64,000 nt of DNA from Actinomycetota bacterium (GCA_050692985.1 JBOGVZ010000066.1:9885-73884), one strand, 5' to 3'. Positions 1-10,169 are shown, counted from the first letter of the stretch. The notes: generated by a model not told the origin, from the sequence alone. A program made the numbers and translations.

Positions 1-68
1 ACGACGACGAGCTGGCCGCCGCGGTCGCCGCCGTCCTGACCGGCCGGACGGCGGAGGTCCGCCCGTGA
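1..68 (+). CDS. 3' end of an unidentified upstream CDS (about 22 codons in window)
   Basis: Frame is open from the window edge (...DDELAAAVAAVLTGRTAEVRP) to TGA 66-68. The stop overlaps GTG 65 of the next gene (GTGA coupling). Confidence 0.3.
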   Translation, partial: DDELAAAVAAVLTGRTAEVRP

Positions 69-532
69 CCCACCGAGCTCGATCGCCGCATGAGCACACC
101 AGCCCGCTCGACGCCGACTACGCACCGCCGGCCCCGCCCGGCGAGAAGAGGAGGACCCGATTGATCGTCGCCTTGATCCTCGCATCCGTGACCCTGGCCG
201 CCGTGGCCCAGCTCACGCTGAAGTTCGGGATGAACCAGGTGGCGGTGGAGCACCCCGCCGAAGCGCGGTCCCTGGTGGCCACGCTGCTCCAGGGGTTCCG
301 GCAGCCGGCGGTGTGGGGCGGGCTGGCCCTATTCGGGCTGTCGGCGCTGTTCTGGCTGCTGGTCCTGTCCCGGGCCTCGCTGTCGTTCGCGTATCCGTTC
401 GCCGCCCTGACCTACGTCCTGATCCTGGTGTTCGACCGAGTGGTGCTGAACGAGCCGGTGGTGGCCCTGCGGTGGGGGGGCGTGGCCCTGATCATCACCG
501 GCCTGGTGCTCGTGTCCCGGACGAGCTCGTGA
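65..532 (+). CDS. Small DMT/EamA-type (ArnE/ArnF-like) multi-TM membrane protein; possibly a lipid-linked sugar flippase
   Basis: 155 aa with about four hydrophobic helices after a hydrophilic N-terminus (LIVALILASVTLAAVAQL..., WGGVALIITGLVLV). Lies directly upstream of a GT2 and manC. Confidence 0.55.
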   Translation: MTHRARSPHEHTSPLDADYAPPAPPGEKRRTRLIVALILASVTLAAVAQLTLKFGMNQVAVEHPAEARSLVATLLQGFRQPAVWGGLALFGLSALFWLLVLSRASLSFAYPFAALTYVLILVFDRVVLNEPVVALRWGGVALIITGLVLVSRTSS

Positions 533-552
533 GCCGACCCCTCCCCTGACCG

Positions 553-1416
553 ATGTCGCGCGCGGCCGTCCCGGACCTCGCCGTCGTCGTCGTCAACTAC
601 AACGCAGGGGAGTACCTGTCCCGGTGCCTGGAGTCGGTCTACGGCGCCGCGGGGGAGGCCTCCGTGGAGGTCGTGGTGGTGGACAACGCATCCCGCGATG
701 GGAGCGCCACGGCCGCGGCCCGGCGGTTCCCGGACATCCGGGTGATCGGCAACGAGGACAACCGGGGGCTGTCGGCGGCCCTCAACCAGGGCATCCGGGG
801 GACCCGGGCGCCCTTCGTCCTCCTGCTGAACCCCGACGCGGAGGTCGTCGGCGGCACCCTGGAGGGGCTGCTGAAGGTGGCCCGCGACCATCCCCGGGCC
901 GGCGCCGTCGGCCCCCTGATCCGCAACCCCGACGGGACCGTCTACCCGTCCGGGCGCCGGTTCCCGTCGGTGGGGCAGGCCGTGGGGCACGCGCTGCTGG
1001 GCCCGTTCCGCCCCGGCAACCGGTTCTCCCGGGCGTACCGGATGGACGACTGGGACCGCACGTCGGAGCGACAGGTGGACTGGGTGTCCCTGGCGTGCAT
1101 GCTCGTGCCTCGGGCGGCCTTCGAGCAGGTGGGCCTGTTCGACGAGGACTTCTTCCTGTACGCGGAGGAGCTCGACTTCTGCACGCGCCTGGGGGCGGCC
1201 GGGTGGACGGTCCTGTTCACCCCGGAGCTCGAGGTGGTGCACGAGGGCGGCGTGTCCACCGGCCGCTCCTGGCGGATGACCATGGAGCACTCGCGCGGCA
1301 TCTACCGGTACTTCGCCAAGCACCGGGCCACGGGGTGGCGCAAGGTCCTCCTTCCGCCGGCCTGGGTGGTGCTTCGGCTGCGAGCCGTGCTGGCCACGCT
1401 GCGGGGACGGCAGTGA
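553..1416 (+). CDS. Family 2 glycosyltransferase, WbbL (rhamnosyltransferase)-like
   Basis: N-terminus LAVVVVNYNAGEYL...VVVVDNASRDGS and the motif LLNPDAEV are typical of GT2. It is 287 aa and overlaps the manC start, as wbbL-manB do in M. tuberculosis (Rv3265c-Rv3264c). Confidence 0.75.
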   Translation: MSRAAVPDLAVVVVNYNAGEYLSRCLESVYGAAGEASVEVVVVDNASRDGSATAAARRFPDIRVIGNEDNRGLSAALNQGIRGTRAPFVLLLNPDAEVVGGTLEGLLKVARDHPRAGAVGPLIRNPDGTVYPSGRRFPSVGQAVGHALLGPFRPGNRFSRAYRMDDWDRTSERQVDWVSLACMLVPRAAFEQVGLFDEDFFLYAEELDFCTRLGAAGWTVLFTPELEVVHEGGVSTGRSWRMTMEHSRGIYRYFAKHRATGWRKVLLPPAWVVLRLRAVLATLRGRQ

Positions 1417-2507
1417 AGGCCGTGGTCCTCGTGGGAGGCGAGGGGACCCGGTTGCGTCCGCTCACCGAGACGATCCCCAAGCCACTGCTGCCGTTCATGA
1501 ACCGGCCGTTCCTGGCGCACGTGCTCGACCAGCTGGCGACGCACGGCGTGGACGAGGTGATCCTGTCGTCGTTCCACCTGGAGGAGGAGTTCCGCTCGTT
1601 CCTCGACGAGCACCCGGCCCCCCCCGCGATCACGTGGATCACCGAAGCCCGGCCCCTGGGGACGTGCGGCGCGATCGCCGGGGCCCGCCACCTCCTGGAC
1701 GACACGTTCCTCGTCCTCAACGGCGACGTCGTCACGGACCTCGACCTCTCGGCGCTGGTGGCCGTCCACCGGGATCGGGCGGCGGTGGCCACGGTCGCCC
1801 TCCACCGCGTCGAGGACGCCCGGCCGTACGGGCTCGTCGAAACCACGCCCGAGGGCCGCGTGCTGGCGTTCCGGGAGAAGCCGGCCGACCCGGTGCCCGG
1901 AGAGGTCAACGCGGGGACCTACGTCCTGGAGCCTCGGGTCCTGGACGGCGTCCCCGGTGGCGTGGCCGTGTCGATCGAGCGGGAGACCTACCCCGCGCTG
2001 ATCGCCGCCGGCGAGCCCGTCTTCGCCCTGGGGTCGGACGCCTACTGGCGTGACCTGGGGACGCCGGAGGATTACCTCCAGGCGCACGTGGACGCCCTCG
2101 ACGGGCTGGTGGCCGGGCGGGAGTACCCGAGGCCGCTGCTCGGGGAAGGCGGGCACGTCGATCCCTCGGCCGTGGTGGGCGAGCATGCGGTGCTGGGCCC
2201 GGGCGTGAGGGTCGCCGCCCGAGCGGTCGTCGAGCGCTCCGTGCTCCACCGGGGGGCGATCGTGGGACGGGGGGCCGCCGTCCTGGACAGCGTCCTGGGC
2301 CCGGGGGTGGTGGTGGGGGATGGGGCCGAGGTCACGGGGTCGGTCCTGGCCGAGGAGGCGGGGGTCGGGCCCGGCGCCCGGATCGCGGAGGCCCGCCTGG
2401 GCCCGGGCCGGCGCGCCCCGGGTGGGGGGGTCCGGGGGGGTAGCTCGCCCCGAGGAGCGGAGGCAGGGGGCCGGACGGCGAGCGAACCCCCCAGTGGGAG
2501 GGATTGA
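1413..2507 (+). CDS. manC: Mannose-1-phosphate guanylyltransferase (GDP-mannose pyrophosphorylase)
   Basis: GTG 1413 overlaps the upstream TGA. N-terminus VKAVVLVGGEGTRLRPLTETIPKPLLPF is the nucleotidyltransferase signature. The C-terminus has left-handed beta-helix style repeats. Confidence 0.85.
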   Translation: MKAVVLVGGEGTRLRPLTETIPKPLLPFMNRPFLAHVLDQLATHGVDEVILSSFHLEEEFRSFLDEHPAPPAITWITEARPLGTCGAIAGARHLLDDTFLVLNGDVVTDLDLSALVAVHRDRAAVATVALHRVEDARPYGLVETTPEGRVLAFREKPADPVPGEVNAGTYVLEPRVLDGVPGGVAVSIERETYPALIAAGEPVFALGSDAYWRDLGTPEDYLQAHVDALDGLVAGREYPRPLLGEGGHVDPSAVVGEHAVLGPGVRVAARAVVERSVLHRGAIVGRGAAVLDSVLGPGVVVGDGAEVTGSVLAEEAGVGPGARIAEARLGPGRRAPGGGVRGGSSPRGAEAGGRTASEPPSGRD

Positions 2508-2577
2508 CAGGTTCGCTTCACTTCGCCGGGGCGCTGGTGTAGGGTTGGGAACCCCCCCTGTGGCAAGGCCAACCGAC

Positions 2578-4086
2578 ATGAGACGAGCGGCAGCCCTCTT
2601 CATCTCGATCGCCCTGGCCCTCCCGGCGGCGCTCACCGACGCCCCGCCGGCCGTGGCGGCCGAGGACTTCACCTTCCACGGCTCGGGGTACGGCCACGGC
2701 CTGGGCATGGGCCAGTACGGGATGCTGGGGCTGGCCCGGGCCGGGTGGCTCCCAGCGAAGATCCTGCGCCACTACTACACCGGGACGAAGGTAAAGAAGA
2801 AGCCCCCACCGGAGAAGCGCATCCGGGTGGGTCTGGTGCAGGACGACACGGAGGTCAAGCTCCGGTCGGTCGACGGGCCCTACGTCTTCCAGCTCCAGAA
2901 CGGCAAGGTCATCGAGACCGTGCCCGATGGCAAGAACCGCTGGGTCCGGGTGAAGGACGGCAAGTACAAGATCGAGAAGCCGAGCGGCGCCCTCGTCGGC
3001 GGCAAGCTGTGGGGCGGGAAGAAGACCGACCTGTACGCGATCCCCCAGGACTCCAGGATCTGGGTGGCCGACTGGGGCCACCATGTGATGCGCGGTAAGG
3101 TCGCCTTCAACATCATCGACGACAACCACCTGGACGTGGTGGCGGACGTCCCCGTCCAGCAGTACGTGTTCGGGGTCAGCGAGGTCCCCAACACGTGGCA
3201 CAAGATGGCCCTGCGGACGCAGGCCATCGCCTCACGCACGTTCGCCTACTGGCGGCTGCTGGGGCCGCGGACCGGCTGCTCGTGCGACATCCTGTCCACC
3301 ACCGCGGACCAGTTCTACACGGGCGCCGACAAGGAGACGGCGTTCAAGGGGAACCGCTGGGTGAGCGCGGCGCGCAAGACGAAGAAGAAGGTCGTCCTGC
3401 ACAAGGGGACGCCGATCTACTCCGTGTATGGCTCCTCGAGCGGGGGCCACACCGAGGCCATCCAGAACGTGTGGCCGGCGGCGGCGGCGTCACCGTACCT
3501 CAAGGGGGTGTGCGACCCGAAGGACGACGTCCCGGAGAACCCCAACACCACGTGGAAGGCGACGTTCACGGCCTCCGCGGTCACCGACGCGCTCAAGCCG
3601 TACACGGGCGGCATCGGGACCGTGGAGAGCTTCAAGAAGTACGACCGAGGGGTCTCGGGGCGCGTGACGACCGTGAAGGTGGTCGGCTCCTCGGGCAGCA
3701 AGGTGGTCGGCGGCTGGAACATCCGCACGGCCCTGGGCCTGAAGGACACTCGCTTCTACGTGAACAAGAACCTGAACATCACCGGGCAGATCCGGCAGAA
3801 GTACGACGCGATCGACTGCAAGCCGGGGAAGTCGATGAGCAAGAAGGTCGAGGTGGACGGGGGACGGTACCAGCGCTTCAAGAAGGGCCGGATCTACGTG
3901 AACGACGGCCCCGGCAAGGTGGTGTGGGTGCGAGGGAAGGTCCTGGACACCTACCTCGGGGAAGGCGGCCACAACTCGGGCCTGGGCCTTCCGAAGAAGT
4001 ACCTCAAGATCGACGGCGGCACGAAGGGCGTGTTCGACGGCGGGAAGATCGTGTGCACCGGGGGGTGCACCGTCACCTACGACTAG
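2578..4086 (+). CDS. Secreted SpoIID/LytB-domain protein with C-terminal LGFP-like repeats
   Basis: ATG 2578 opens a signal peptide (MRRAAALFISIALALPAAL). SpoIID-type motifs are present: YGHGLGMGQYG, ALRTQAIASRTFAY, YGSSSGGHTE. The upstream part of the listed ORF is Arg/Gly-rich and does not look coding. Confidence 0.8.
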   Translation: MRRAAALFISIALALPAALTDAPPAVAAEDFTFHGSGYGHGLGMGQYGMLGLARAGWLPAKILRHYYTGTKVKKKPPPEKRIRVGLVQDDTEVKLRSVDGPYVFQLQNGKVIETVPDGKNRWVRVKDGKYKIEKPSGALVGGKLWGGKKTDLYAIPQDSRIWVADWGHHVMRGKVAFNIIDDNHLDVVADVPVQQYVFGVSEVPNTWHKMALRTQAIASRTFAYWRLLGPRTGCSCDILSTTADQFYTGADKETAFKGNRWVSAARKTKKKVVLHKGTPIYSVYGSSSGGHTEAIQNVWPAAAASPYLKGVCDPKDDVPENPNTTWKATFTASAVTDALKPYTGGIGTVESFKKYDRGVSGRVTTVKVVGSSGSKVVGGWNIRTALGLKDTRFYVNKNLNITGQIRQKYDAIDCKPGKSMSKKVEVDGGRYQRFKKGRIYVNDGPGKVVWVRGKVLDTYLGEGGHNSGLGLPKKYLKIDGGTKGVFDGGKIVCTGGCTVTYD

Positions 4087-4096
4087 GGGCCTGCCC

Positions 4097-4990
4097 TCAG
4101 CCCCCAGCGGGCTCGGGGGCGTTGCTGGACCCGCGGTACTGCTGGATGAAGCCCTCGGCCACCGTGGCCACCTGGTCGACCTGGCCGGCCTCGACCTCCG
4201 GGCACGGCAGCAGCTTGTTCCACGCGGTGAACGTCACGCTGGCGCCGTCGGGTAGCGCCCGCGGGCCCTCCGCCGGGTACTGGACCAGCAACACCTTGCT
4301 CTCACGCTCGGTGATCTCGGTCAGCCGGTCGACCGCCTCCTGGGGAAGGGCACCGTCCCCGTCGGCCCGGTAGGACATGATCACGTAGGCGTGCTCGAGG
4401 TTGTGGACCAGGCTCGTCTCGAGCACCGGGTCCACCGGGTCGGGGAGGACGGGGGGACCCTGGTACGCGGCCGGGTTGTGCGGTCCCGACGTGGCCGGCG
4501 TGGAGTTGTACTCGGGGGGGACCTGCCCCGCCTGGAGGTGCTCCCGCCCCTGGACGCCCGGCTCCTCGATGGCGCCGTCTCCCTCCTCCCCGCATCCCAG
4601 GGCGGCGGCCGCCCGGGCCGCCGCCTGGTCCTCCAGGAGGAGCGGCCGGGTGTTCACGTACCAGATCGCCACGGCGACGCCGCCGATCATCCCCAGCACC
4701 AGCCCCCACCGCACCGCCCTCCGCAGGCGGCGGGCCCGGCGGGCACGCTTGATCCGCCGCTCCCGCTCGCGGCGGGCCTGCTCCTTCCGGGCCTGCCGGT
4801 TGCTGGTCGGTGCGGGGGCCTCGCGGCGTCGCGTGCGCCGGCCCTCGGGCCGCTCGGCCTCCGGCGCCCGCGTCTCCTCCCGCTCGGTCTCGAGCCGGGC
4901 CACGACCTCCTCCCGTGACCGGGCGCCCTGGGTGGGGCGGGCCTGGGGCCGGGACGGTCGCTTCCCCTTCTTGCGCTTCTTCTTCGCCAC
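4097..4990 (-). CDS. DUF3105-like membrane-anchored protein with a highly basic N-terminus
   Basis: KR-rich N-terminus, one TM helix (WGLVLGMIGGVAVAIWYV), then SGPH...LVHNLEHAYVIMSY, as I recall for DUF3105. Confidence 0.7.
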   Translation of the reverse strand: MAKKKRKKGKRPSRPQARPTQGARSREEVVARLETEREETRAPEAERPEGRRTRRREAPAPTSNRQARKEQARRERERRIKRARRARRLRRAVRWGLVLGMIGGVAVAIWYVNTRPLLLEDQAAARAAAALGCGEEGDGAIEEPGVQGREHLQAGQVPPEYNSTPATSGPHNPAAYQGPPVLPDPVDPVLETSLVHNLEHAYVIMSYRADGDGALPQEAVDRLTEITERESKVLLVQYPAEGPRALPDGASVTFTAWNKLLPCPEVEAGQVDQVATVAEGFIQQYRGSSNAPEPAGG

Positions 4991-5033
4991 GTGGTTCCTC
5001 GTTGGGTGGGCAGTAACTATATGAGGCCCGCTG

Positions 5034-6329
5034 TCACCTCGTCCGCAGGTGCTCGCCCGGGTCCAGCGGCGGGCGCGGCGGCGGCCCCCCGGTCGGGAGC
5101 GGCCCGGCGGCTACCGCCCCCATCGGGAGCCACTGCTCGTCGAGCCCCAGCGCCGCCCGAGACTCGTCCTGGCAGAACAGCGTGGACGACACCCAGCACG
5201 AGGCGTGGCCCTGCGCGTGGAGGGCCAGCATGAAGTTTTGCACGCCGGCCCCGGTGGCCAGCACGAACATGTCTCGCTCCGCCCGGCGCCGCCGCTCGTC
5301 GGGGTAGCGGTCCGCCGCGGCCAGCGACACGCTGGGGACGGCCAGCACCGGAGCCGCACCGAGCAGGGCGTCGGACCGGGCCACCCGCCGCTCGATCCCT
5401 TCTCGGTCGACGCCGTCCGCGCCCAGGTCCCGGGCCCATGCCTCGGCCATCGCCCCCAGCAGGCCTGCGCGGGCGGACCGCGACTCGACGATCGTCCATC
5501 GCCACGGCCGGGTACGGTGGCGCGAGCCGTGGGGGACCGGGGCGGTCAGGGCGGCCCGCACCGCCTCCACCAGGACGTGTCGGGGGACCGTCCCCGCTCC
5601 GAACTCGCGGACCGAGCGGCGGCCCGAGATGGCATCGAGCGGCGCGTATCGGAACAGGTCCTCTTCCGGCGGACGCACCAGCTCCGCCGCCGGGCCCGGC
5701 GGAGCCTCGGTGCGGACCCCCCGGACCACGGCCGCGGGGATGCCCTCGGCCTTGCCCATGACCAGGCCGGCCGCCGCGCACACCTCGTCGGCCAGGGCCA
5801 CGATCGTGGCGTCCAGGAGCCGGCCCGAGCGGTCGGGCGTTCCCCGGAGGTCGACGAGCGCCGGGAGGCCGGCGCAACCGACGGCCACGTTCACCAGCCC
5901 CCGTCGCCACGGACGCCCGAACGTGTCGGAGACGACCACCCCCACCTCGGCCCCCGCTCGTTCGCTCAGGCCCGACCGGATGCGCTCGGCGGACGCATCG
6001 GGGTCCTCGGGGAGCAGCGTCAGGAAGCCGGGTGCGACGTTGGACGCGTCCACGCCCGCGTTCGCGCACACGAATCCGTGCCGGGTCTCGGCGATGACCA
6101 GGTCTCCACGGCGAGCGACCACCCGGCGGCCCTCTCGAGCCACCCATGCTTGCCTGCCCGCACCCTCGGGGACCACCCGCCCCTCGGCCTTCGAGACCAC
6201 CTTCTGGGTGACGACGACCACGTCGCCGCCCCGGAGCCCGCCGGGGAGGTGGGCCGCGATCACCTCGGCCAGGTCGGTGCCCGCCTCGACCTCTGGGATC
6301 CCGGTGACCGGGAGAACCTCGAGGCTCAT
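5034..6329 (-). CDS. fbiB: Bifunctional F420 biosynthesis protein FbiB (CofE gamma-glutamyl ligase plus nitroreductase-like domain)
   Basis: ATG 6329 (MSLEVLPVTGIPEVEAGTDL...VVVTQKVVSKAEGR) overlaps the fbiA stop (ATGA). The C-terminal half is nitroreductase-like. The ORF upstream of this start is non-coding-looking. Confidence 0.85.
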   Translation of the reverse strand: MSLEVLPVTGIPEVEAGTDLAEVIAAHLPGGLRGGDVVVVTQKVVSKAEGRVVPEGAGRQAWVAREGRRVVARRGDLVIAETRHGFVCANAGVDASNVAPGFLTLLPEDPDASAERIRSGLSERAGAEVGVVVSDTFGRPWRRGLVNVAVGCAGLPALVDLRGTPDRSGRLLDATIVALADEVCAAAGLVMGKAEGIPAAVVRGVRTEAPPGPAAELVRPPEEDLFRYAPLDAISGRRSVREFGAGTVPRHVLVEAVRAALTAPVPHGSRHRTRPWRWTIVESRSARAGLLGAMAEAWARDLGADGVDREGIERRVARSDALLGAAPVLAVPSVSLAAADRYPDERRRRAERDMFVLATGAGVQNFMLALHAQGHASCWVSSTLFCQDESRAALGLDEQWLPMGAVAAGPLPTGGPPPRPPLDPGEHLRTR

Positions 6330-7309
6330 CCGGTCACGAGCTCGATCGCCGCCCGGGCCAGGCGCTCGGCCGCGTCGTCGTCGGTCATGATGGTGTCGAC
6401 GGCCGCCCCGCGGATCCCGAGCTCCTCCTCGATGCGGGGGACCAGGGCCCGGTCCCGCTCGTCGGCGATCCACCCATCCAGCAGGCCGCGATAGGCGCGC
6501 GACGCGCCCAGGGCGGAGACCTCCAGCCCGGCGGCCGGCATGAGCCGGTCGGCCATGCCCCGGAGGGGGGCCCCGGCCACGATGGGACTGATGCCGACCA
6601 CGGGCCTGCCCGCCGCGGCGTCGGCGATCCCCGGGACGGCCAGGATCGGTCCGATGCTGGCCACGGGGTTCGACGGGCAGATCACCACCGCGTCCGCGGC
6701 GCCGATCGCCTCCAGCACGCCGGGCGAGGGACGGGCCCGCTCGGCGCCGGCGTACCGGATCGCCTTGACCTCGTCGCGGGCCCCTCGGCCCACCCAGTAC
6801 TCCTGGAAGTGAAGGTCGAGCACCCGTCCGGCCTGGTCGACCGCATCGATGCGCGTCGTCACCGGGTCGTCCGACATCGGCAGCAGCGGTGGATCCACCC
6901 CGAACGCCCGACACGACGCCGCCGTGGCCTCCGACAGCGTCCGCCCGGAGGACAGCAGCCCGGTTCGCATGAGGTGCGTGGCCAGGTCCAGGTCACCGAG
7001 CCCGAACCACGCCTGGCCACCGAGCCGGCGGAGCTCCTCGAGCGTCCGGAACGACTCGGCCCCGCGGCCCCACCCGCGGTCGCGATCGGCCACGCCGGCC
7101 AGCCAGTACATCACCGAATCCAGGTCGGGCGAGACGTGGAGGCCGTGGAGGACCAGGTCGTCGCCGGTGTTGACGACGACCGACACGTCGGATGGCGGCA
7201 CGGTGCGCACCAGCCCGCGCAAGAACTTTCCCGCTCCGACACCGCCCGCCAGCGCAACGACGTTCACGTCCGAAGCGTATTCGCTATTGCTCATCGAGGA
7301 GGCGGCCAC
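6326..7309 (-). CDS. fbiA: 2-phospho-L-lactate transferase (CofD/FbiA)
   Basis: VVALAGGVGAGKFLRGL...VVVNTGDD...HGLHVSPDLDSVMY are CofD hallmarks. Start is GTG 7309 or ATG 7294. Confidence 0.9.
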   Translation of the reverse strand: MAASSMSNSEYASDVNVVALAGGVGAGKFLRGLVRTVPPSDVSVVVNTGDDLVLHGLHVSPDLDSVMYWLAGVADRDRGWGRGAESFRTLEELRRLGGQAWFGLGDLDLATHLMRTGLLSSGRTLSEATAASCRAFGVDPPLLPMSDDPVTTRIDAVDQAGRVLDLHFQEYWVGRGARDEVKAIRYAGAERARPSPGVLEAIGAADAVVICPSNPVASIGPILAVPGIADAAAGRPVVGISPIVAGAPLRGMADRLMPAAGLEVSALGASRAYRGLLDGWIADERDRALVPRIEEELGIRGAAVDTIMTDDDAAERLARAAIELVTG

Positions 7310-7315
7310 TAGGGT
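7310..7315 (+). promoter_or_regulatory. Putative -10 box (TAGGGT), 7 nt upstream of the fbiC GTG (leaderless geometry)
   Basis: TAnnnT hexamer at 7310-7315, 7-nt spacer, GTG 7323. There is no Shine-Dalgarno sequence in the spacer. Confidence 0.3.
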
Positions 7316-7322
7316 CGAGCGT

Positions 7323-9794
7323 GTGAACGCGAACGATCACGCCATCCGTCGCGCGGTGAAGCGAGCCGCCGGTGGCAAGACGGTCTCCGTGGAGGAGGCC
7401 ACGGCACTGCTCGGAGCCCGGGGCGCCGCCCTGGCCGAGCTCTGCGCGGTGGCCTCGTCGCTGCGGGAGCTGGGACACGGCCGGACCATCTCCTACTCGC
7501 GGAAGGTGTTCGTTCCCCTGACGATGCTGTGTCGCGACGTGTGCCACTACTGCACCTTCGCCAAGCCGCCCCGGGACCTCCGTGAGCCGTTCCTCTCGCC
7601 GGAGGAGGTCGTGGCCATCGGCGACGCCGGGCGACGGGCGGGTTGCAAGGAGGCCCTGTTCACGCTGGGGGACCGGCCGGAGGATCGCTACCCGGTGGCC
7701 CGCCGGTGGCTCGTCGAGCGGGGCTACCACTCCACGCTCGACTACCTGCGGGCGGTCTCGATCAAGGTGGTCGAGGAGACCGGCCTGCTGCCGCACCTGA
7801 ACCCCGGGGTGATGACGTGGGAGGACATGGCCCGGCTGAAGCACGTGTCGGCGTCGATGGGGCTCATGCTCGAGCAGGCCACGGACCGGCTCACCGAGAA
7901 GGGGATGGCCCACCACGGCTCGCCCGACAAGGTCCCCGCCGTTCGGCTGCGGACGATCGAGGATGCCGGGCGGCTGTCGATCCCGTTCACCACCGGGATC
8001 CTGGTGGGGATCGGGGAGACGCTCCGGGAGCGGGCGGAGTCGCTGTTCGCCATCCGCGAGGTTCAGGGCCGGTACCACCACGTGCAGGAGGTCATCGTCC
8101 AGAACTTCCGGGCCAAGCCGGGGACGGCCATGGCCGGCGCACCGGAGCCCGAAGACGACGAGTTCCTGGCGGCGGTGGCCACGGCCCGGGTGGTCCTGGG
8201 TCCGAGGGTCAACCTCCAGGCTCCGCCGAACCTGTCGGATCCGCACTACCCGCGGCTGCTGGACGGCGGCATCAACGACTGGGGCGGGGTCTCCCCGGTC
8301 ACCCCCGACCACGTGAACCCGGAGGCTCCGTGGCCACGGCTCGAGGATCTCCGCCGGCGCACCGAGGAGAAGGGGTTCCGCCTCCGCGAGCGGCTGTGCG
8401 TCTATCCGGGGTTCGCCACTCGCCCCGACCCGTGGATCGCCGGGAAGATGCAGCGCCCGGTGGCGGCCCTCATCGGCGAGGGCGGCTTCGCCCGTGAGGG
8501 CCACACGCCCGAACCGGTGCCGTGGCAGGACCCGGACGTGCAATGGAAGCCGCGGACCACCGCGCTGACGTTCGCCAAGGTGAACGGCCACGGCCTCCGG
8601 CCCGATGGCGATGCGGTCTACGGGGACTGGGACGCGCTCGACGTCGAGGCGACGCGGACGTGGTCCACCAGGCGCCGCGACCCGGCCCGCATCAGCGCGG
8701 AGGTCAGGACGGCCCTGGCCAGGGCCGCCTCTCGCCGGCCCATCACCGACGAGCAGGCGCTGGCCCTGTTCGAGGCCGAGGGCCCGGACCTGGAGGCGTT
8801 GTGCCGGGTGGCCGACGACCTGCGGCGGGAGGCCGCGGGCGACGAGGTGACCTACGTGGTCAACCGCAACATCAACTTCACCAACGTGTGCTACACGGGG
8901 TGCCGGTTCTGCGCGTTCGCCCAGCGGGAGGTGGACCCGGCTTCCTACACGCTGACCCTCCAGGAGGTCGCGGACCGAGCGGAGGAAGCCCGGTCCTACG
9001 GGGCCACCGAGGTGTGCATGCAGGGCGGGCTTCACCCCAGCCTTCCCGGCGATTTCTACTTCCGGTTGCTGGACGCGGTGAAGGCACGGGTCCCCGAGAT
9101 GCACATCCACGCGTTCAGCCCCATGGAGGTTCTCAACGGATCCACCCGGCTGGGGATCTCGTTCCGGGAGTTCCTCCAGGAGTGTCGCCGGCTGGGACTG
9201 GGCTCGATCCCCGGCACCGCGGCGGAGATCCTCGACGACGACGTCCGGTGGGTGCTCACCAAGGGAAAGTTGCCCGCCGACACCTGGGAGGAGATCGTGT
9301 CCACCGCCCACGGCCTGGGGATCCCGTCCTCGTCCACGATCATGTACGGCCACGTGGACGCTCCGCCGCACTGGGTGGCCCACCTGCGGCGGCTGGCCGC
9401 TATCCAGGACCGGACCGGCGGCTTCACCGAGTTCGTGCCGCTCCCGTTCGTGCACCAGAACTCGCCGATCTACCTGGCCGGCAAGGCCCGCCCCGGGTCG
9501 ACCCACGAGGAGGACCGGCGGATGCATGCCGTGGCCCGGATCCTCCTCGAGGGGGCCATCCCCAACGTGCAGGTGTCGTGGGTGAAGCTCGGGCTCGATG
9601 CCAGCAAGGTGATGCTCGCCGGCGGAGCCAACGACCTCGGCGGCACGCTGATGGAGGAGACGATCTCCCGGATGGCCGGAGCGGAGTGGGGGATCCGCAA
9701 GGAACCGGAGGAGCTCGAGGGCGCGATCCGCGACATCGGGCGCACCCCGGTCCAGCGAACGACGACGTACGACCGCGTGCATCGGGTGTCGTGA
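7323..9794 (+). CDS. fbiC: FO synthase, fused CofG+CofH radical-SAM enzyme (FbiC)
   Basis: Two radical-SAM Cys motifs (CRDVCHYCTF and CYTGCRFCAF) in one polypeptide of about 823 aa. Divergent from fbiA. Start is inferred at GTG 7323; the listed ORF extends upstream across fbiA. Confidence 0.9.
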   Translation: MNANDHAIRRAVKRAAGGKTVSVEEATALLGARGAALAELCAVASSLRELGHGRTISYSRKVFVPLTMLCRDVCHYCTFAKPPRDLREPFLSPEEVVAIGDAGRRAGCKEALFTLGDRPEDRYPVARRWLVERGYHSTLDYLRAVSIKVVEETGLLPHLNPGVMTWEDMARLKHVSASMGLMLEQATDRLTEKGMAHHGSPDKVPAVRLRTIEDAGRLSIPFTTGILVGIGETLRERAESLFAIREVQGRYHHVQEVIVQNFRAKPGTAMAGAPEPEDDEFLAAVATARVVLGPRVNLQAPPNLSDPHYPRLLDGGINDWGGVSPVTPDHVNPEAPWPRLEDLRRRTEEKGFRLRERLCVYPGFATRPDPWIAGKMQRPVAALIGEGGFAREGHTPEPVPWQDPDVQWKPRTTALTFAKVNGHGLRPDGDAVYGDWDALDVEATRTWSTRRRDPARISAEVRTALARAASRRPITDEQALALFEAEGPDLEALCRVADDLRREAAGDEVTYVVNRNINFTNVCYTGCRFCAFAQREVDPASYTLTLQEVADRAEEARSYGATEVCMQGGLHPSLPGDFYFRLLDAVKARVPEMHIHAFSPMEVLNGSTRLGISFREFLQECRRLGLGSIPGTAAEILDDDVRWVLTKGKLPADTWEEIVSTAHGLGIPSSSTIMYGHVDAPPHWVAHLRRLAAIQDRTGGFTEFVPLPFVHQNSPIYLAGKARPGSTHEEDRRMHAVARILLEGAIPNVQVSWVKLGLDASKVMLAGGANDLGGTLMEETISRMAGAEWGIRKEPEELEGAIRDIGRTPVQRTTTYDRVHRVS

Positions 9795-9862
9795 TGCGCA
9801 AATACCCGATCACCTCGCCGACGGCGCTTCAAATGCTCCGGCAAAAAGTTCATGATTGGGAC

Positions 9863-9892
9863 TGGACAAGTGCACCGCCCTTCGTTCAGAAT
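9863..9892 (+). promoter_or_regulatory. Putative sigma-70-type promoter of whiB (TGGACA-N18-CAGAAT)
   Basis: Lies in the relatively AT-rich 127-nt region upstream of whiB, about 30 nt before the GGAGGG ribosome-binding site. Confidence 0.3.
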
Positions 9893-9921
9893 CACACCGA
9901 TGTAATTCGCTTGGAGGGCGG

Positions 9922-10149
9922 ATGCACCACGACACGCCGTGGCAGGAGTTGGCGAGATGCCGGGATTTCGACCCGGAGATCTTCTTCCCCGAGAAAGGTG
10001 GGTCCTCGCGCGAGGCCAAGCGAATCTGCGCCGACTGCGAGGTCCGGATCCAATGCCTGAACTACGCCCTGCGTCGAGATGAACGCTACGGGGTGTGGGG
10101 AGGCATGAGTGAGCGGGAACGGCGACGCCTGAAGCGGATGGCGTCCTGA
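9922..10149 (+). CDS. whiB: WhiB-family Fe-S transcription factor (WhiB/WhiB2-like by synteny)
   Basis: ATG 9922 is preceded by GGAGGG. The four Cys (C-x-CADCEVRIQC) and GVWGG motif followed by a basic tail are the WhiB signature. It sits next to fbiA/B and pmm, as whiB2 (Rv3260c) does. Confidence 0.9.
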   Translation: MHHDTPWQELARCRDFDPEIFFPEKGGSSREAKRICADCEVRIQCLNYALRRDERYGVWGGMSERERRRLKRMAS

Positions 10150-10169
10150 CGGCGCGAAAGGAGGTGACC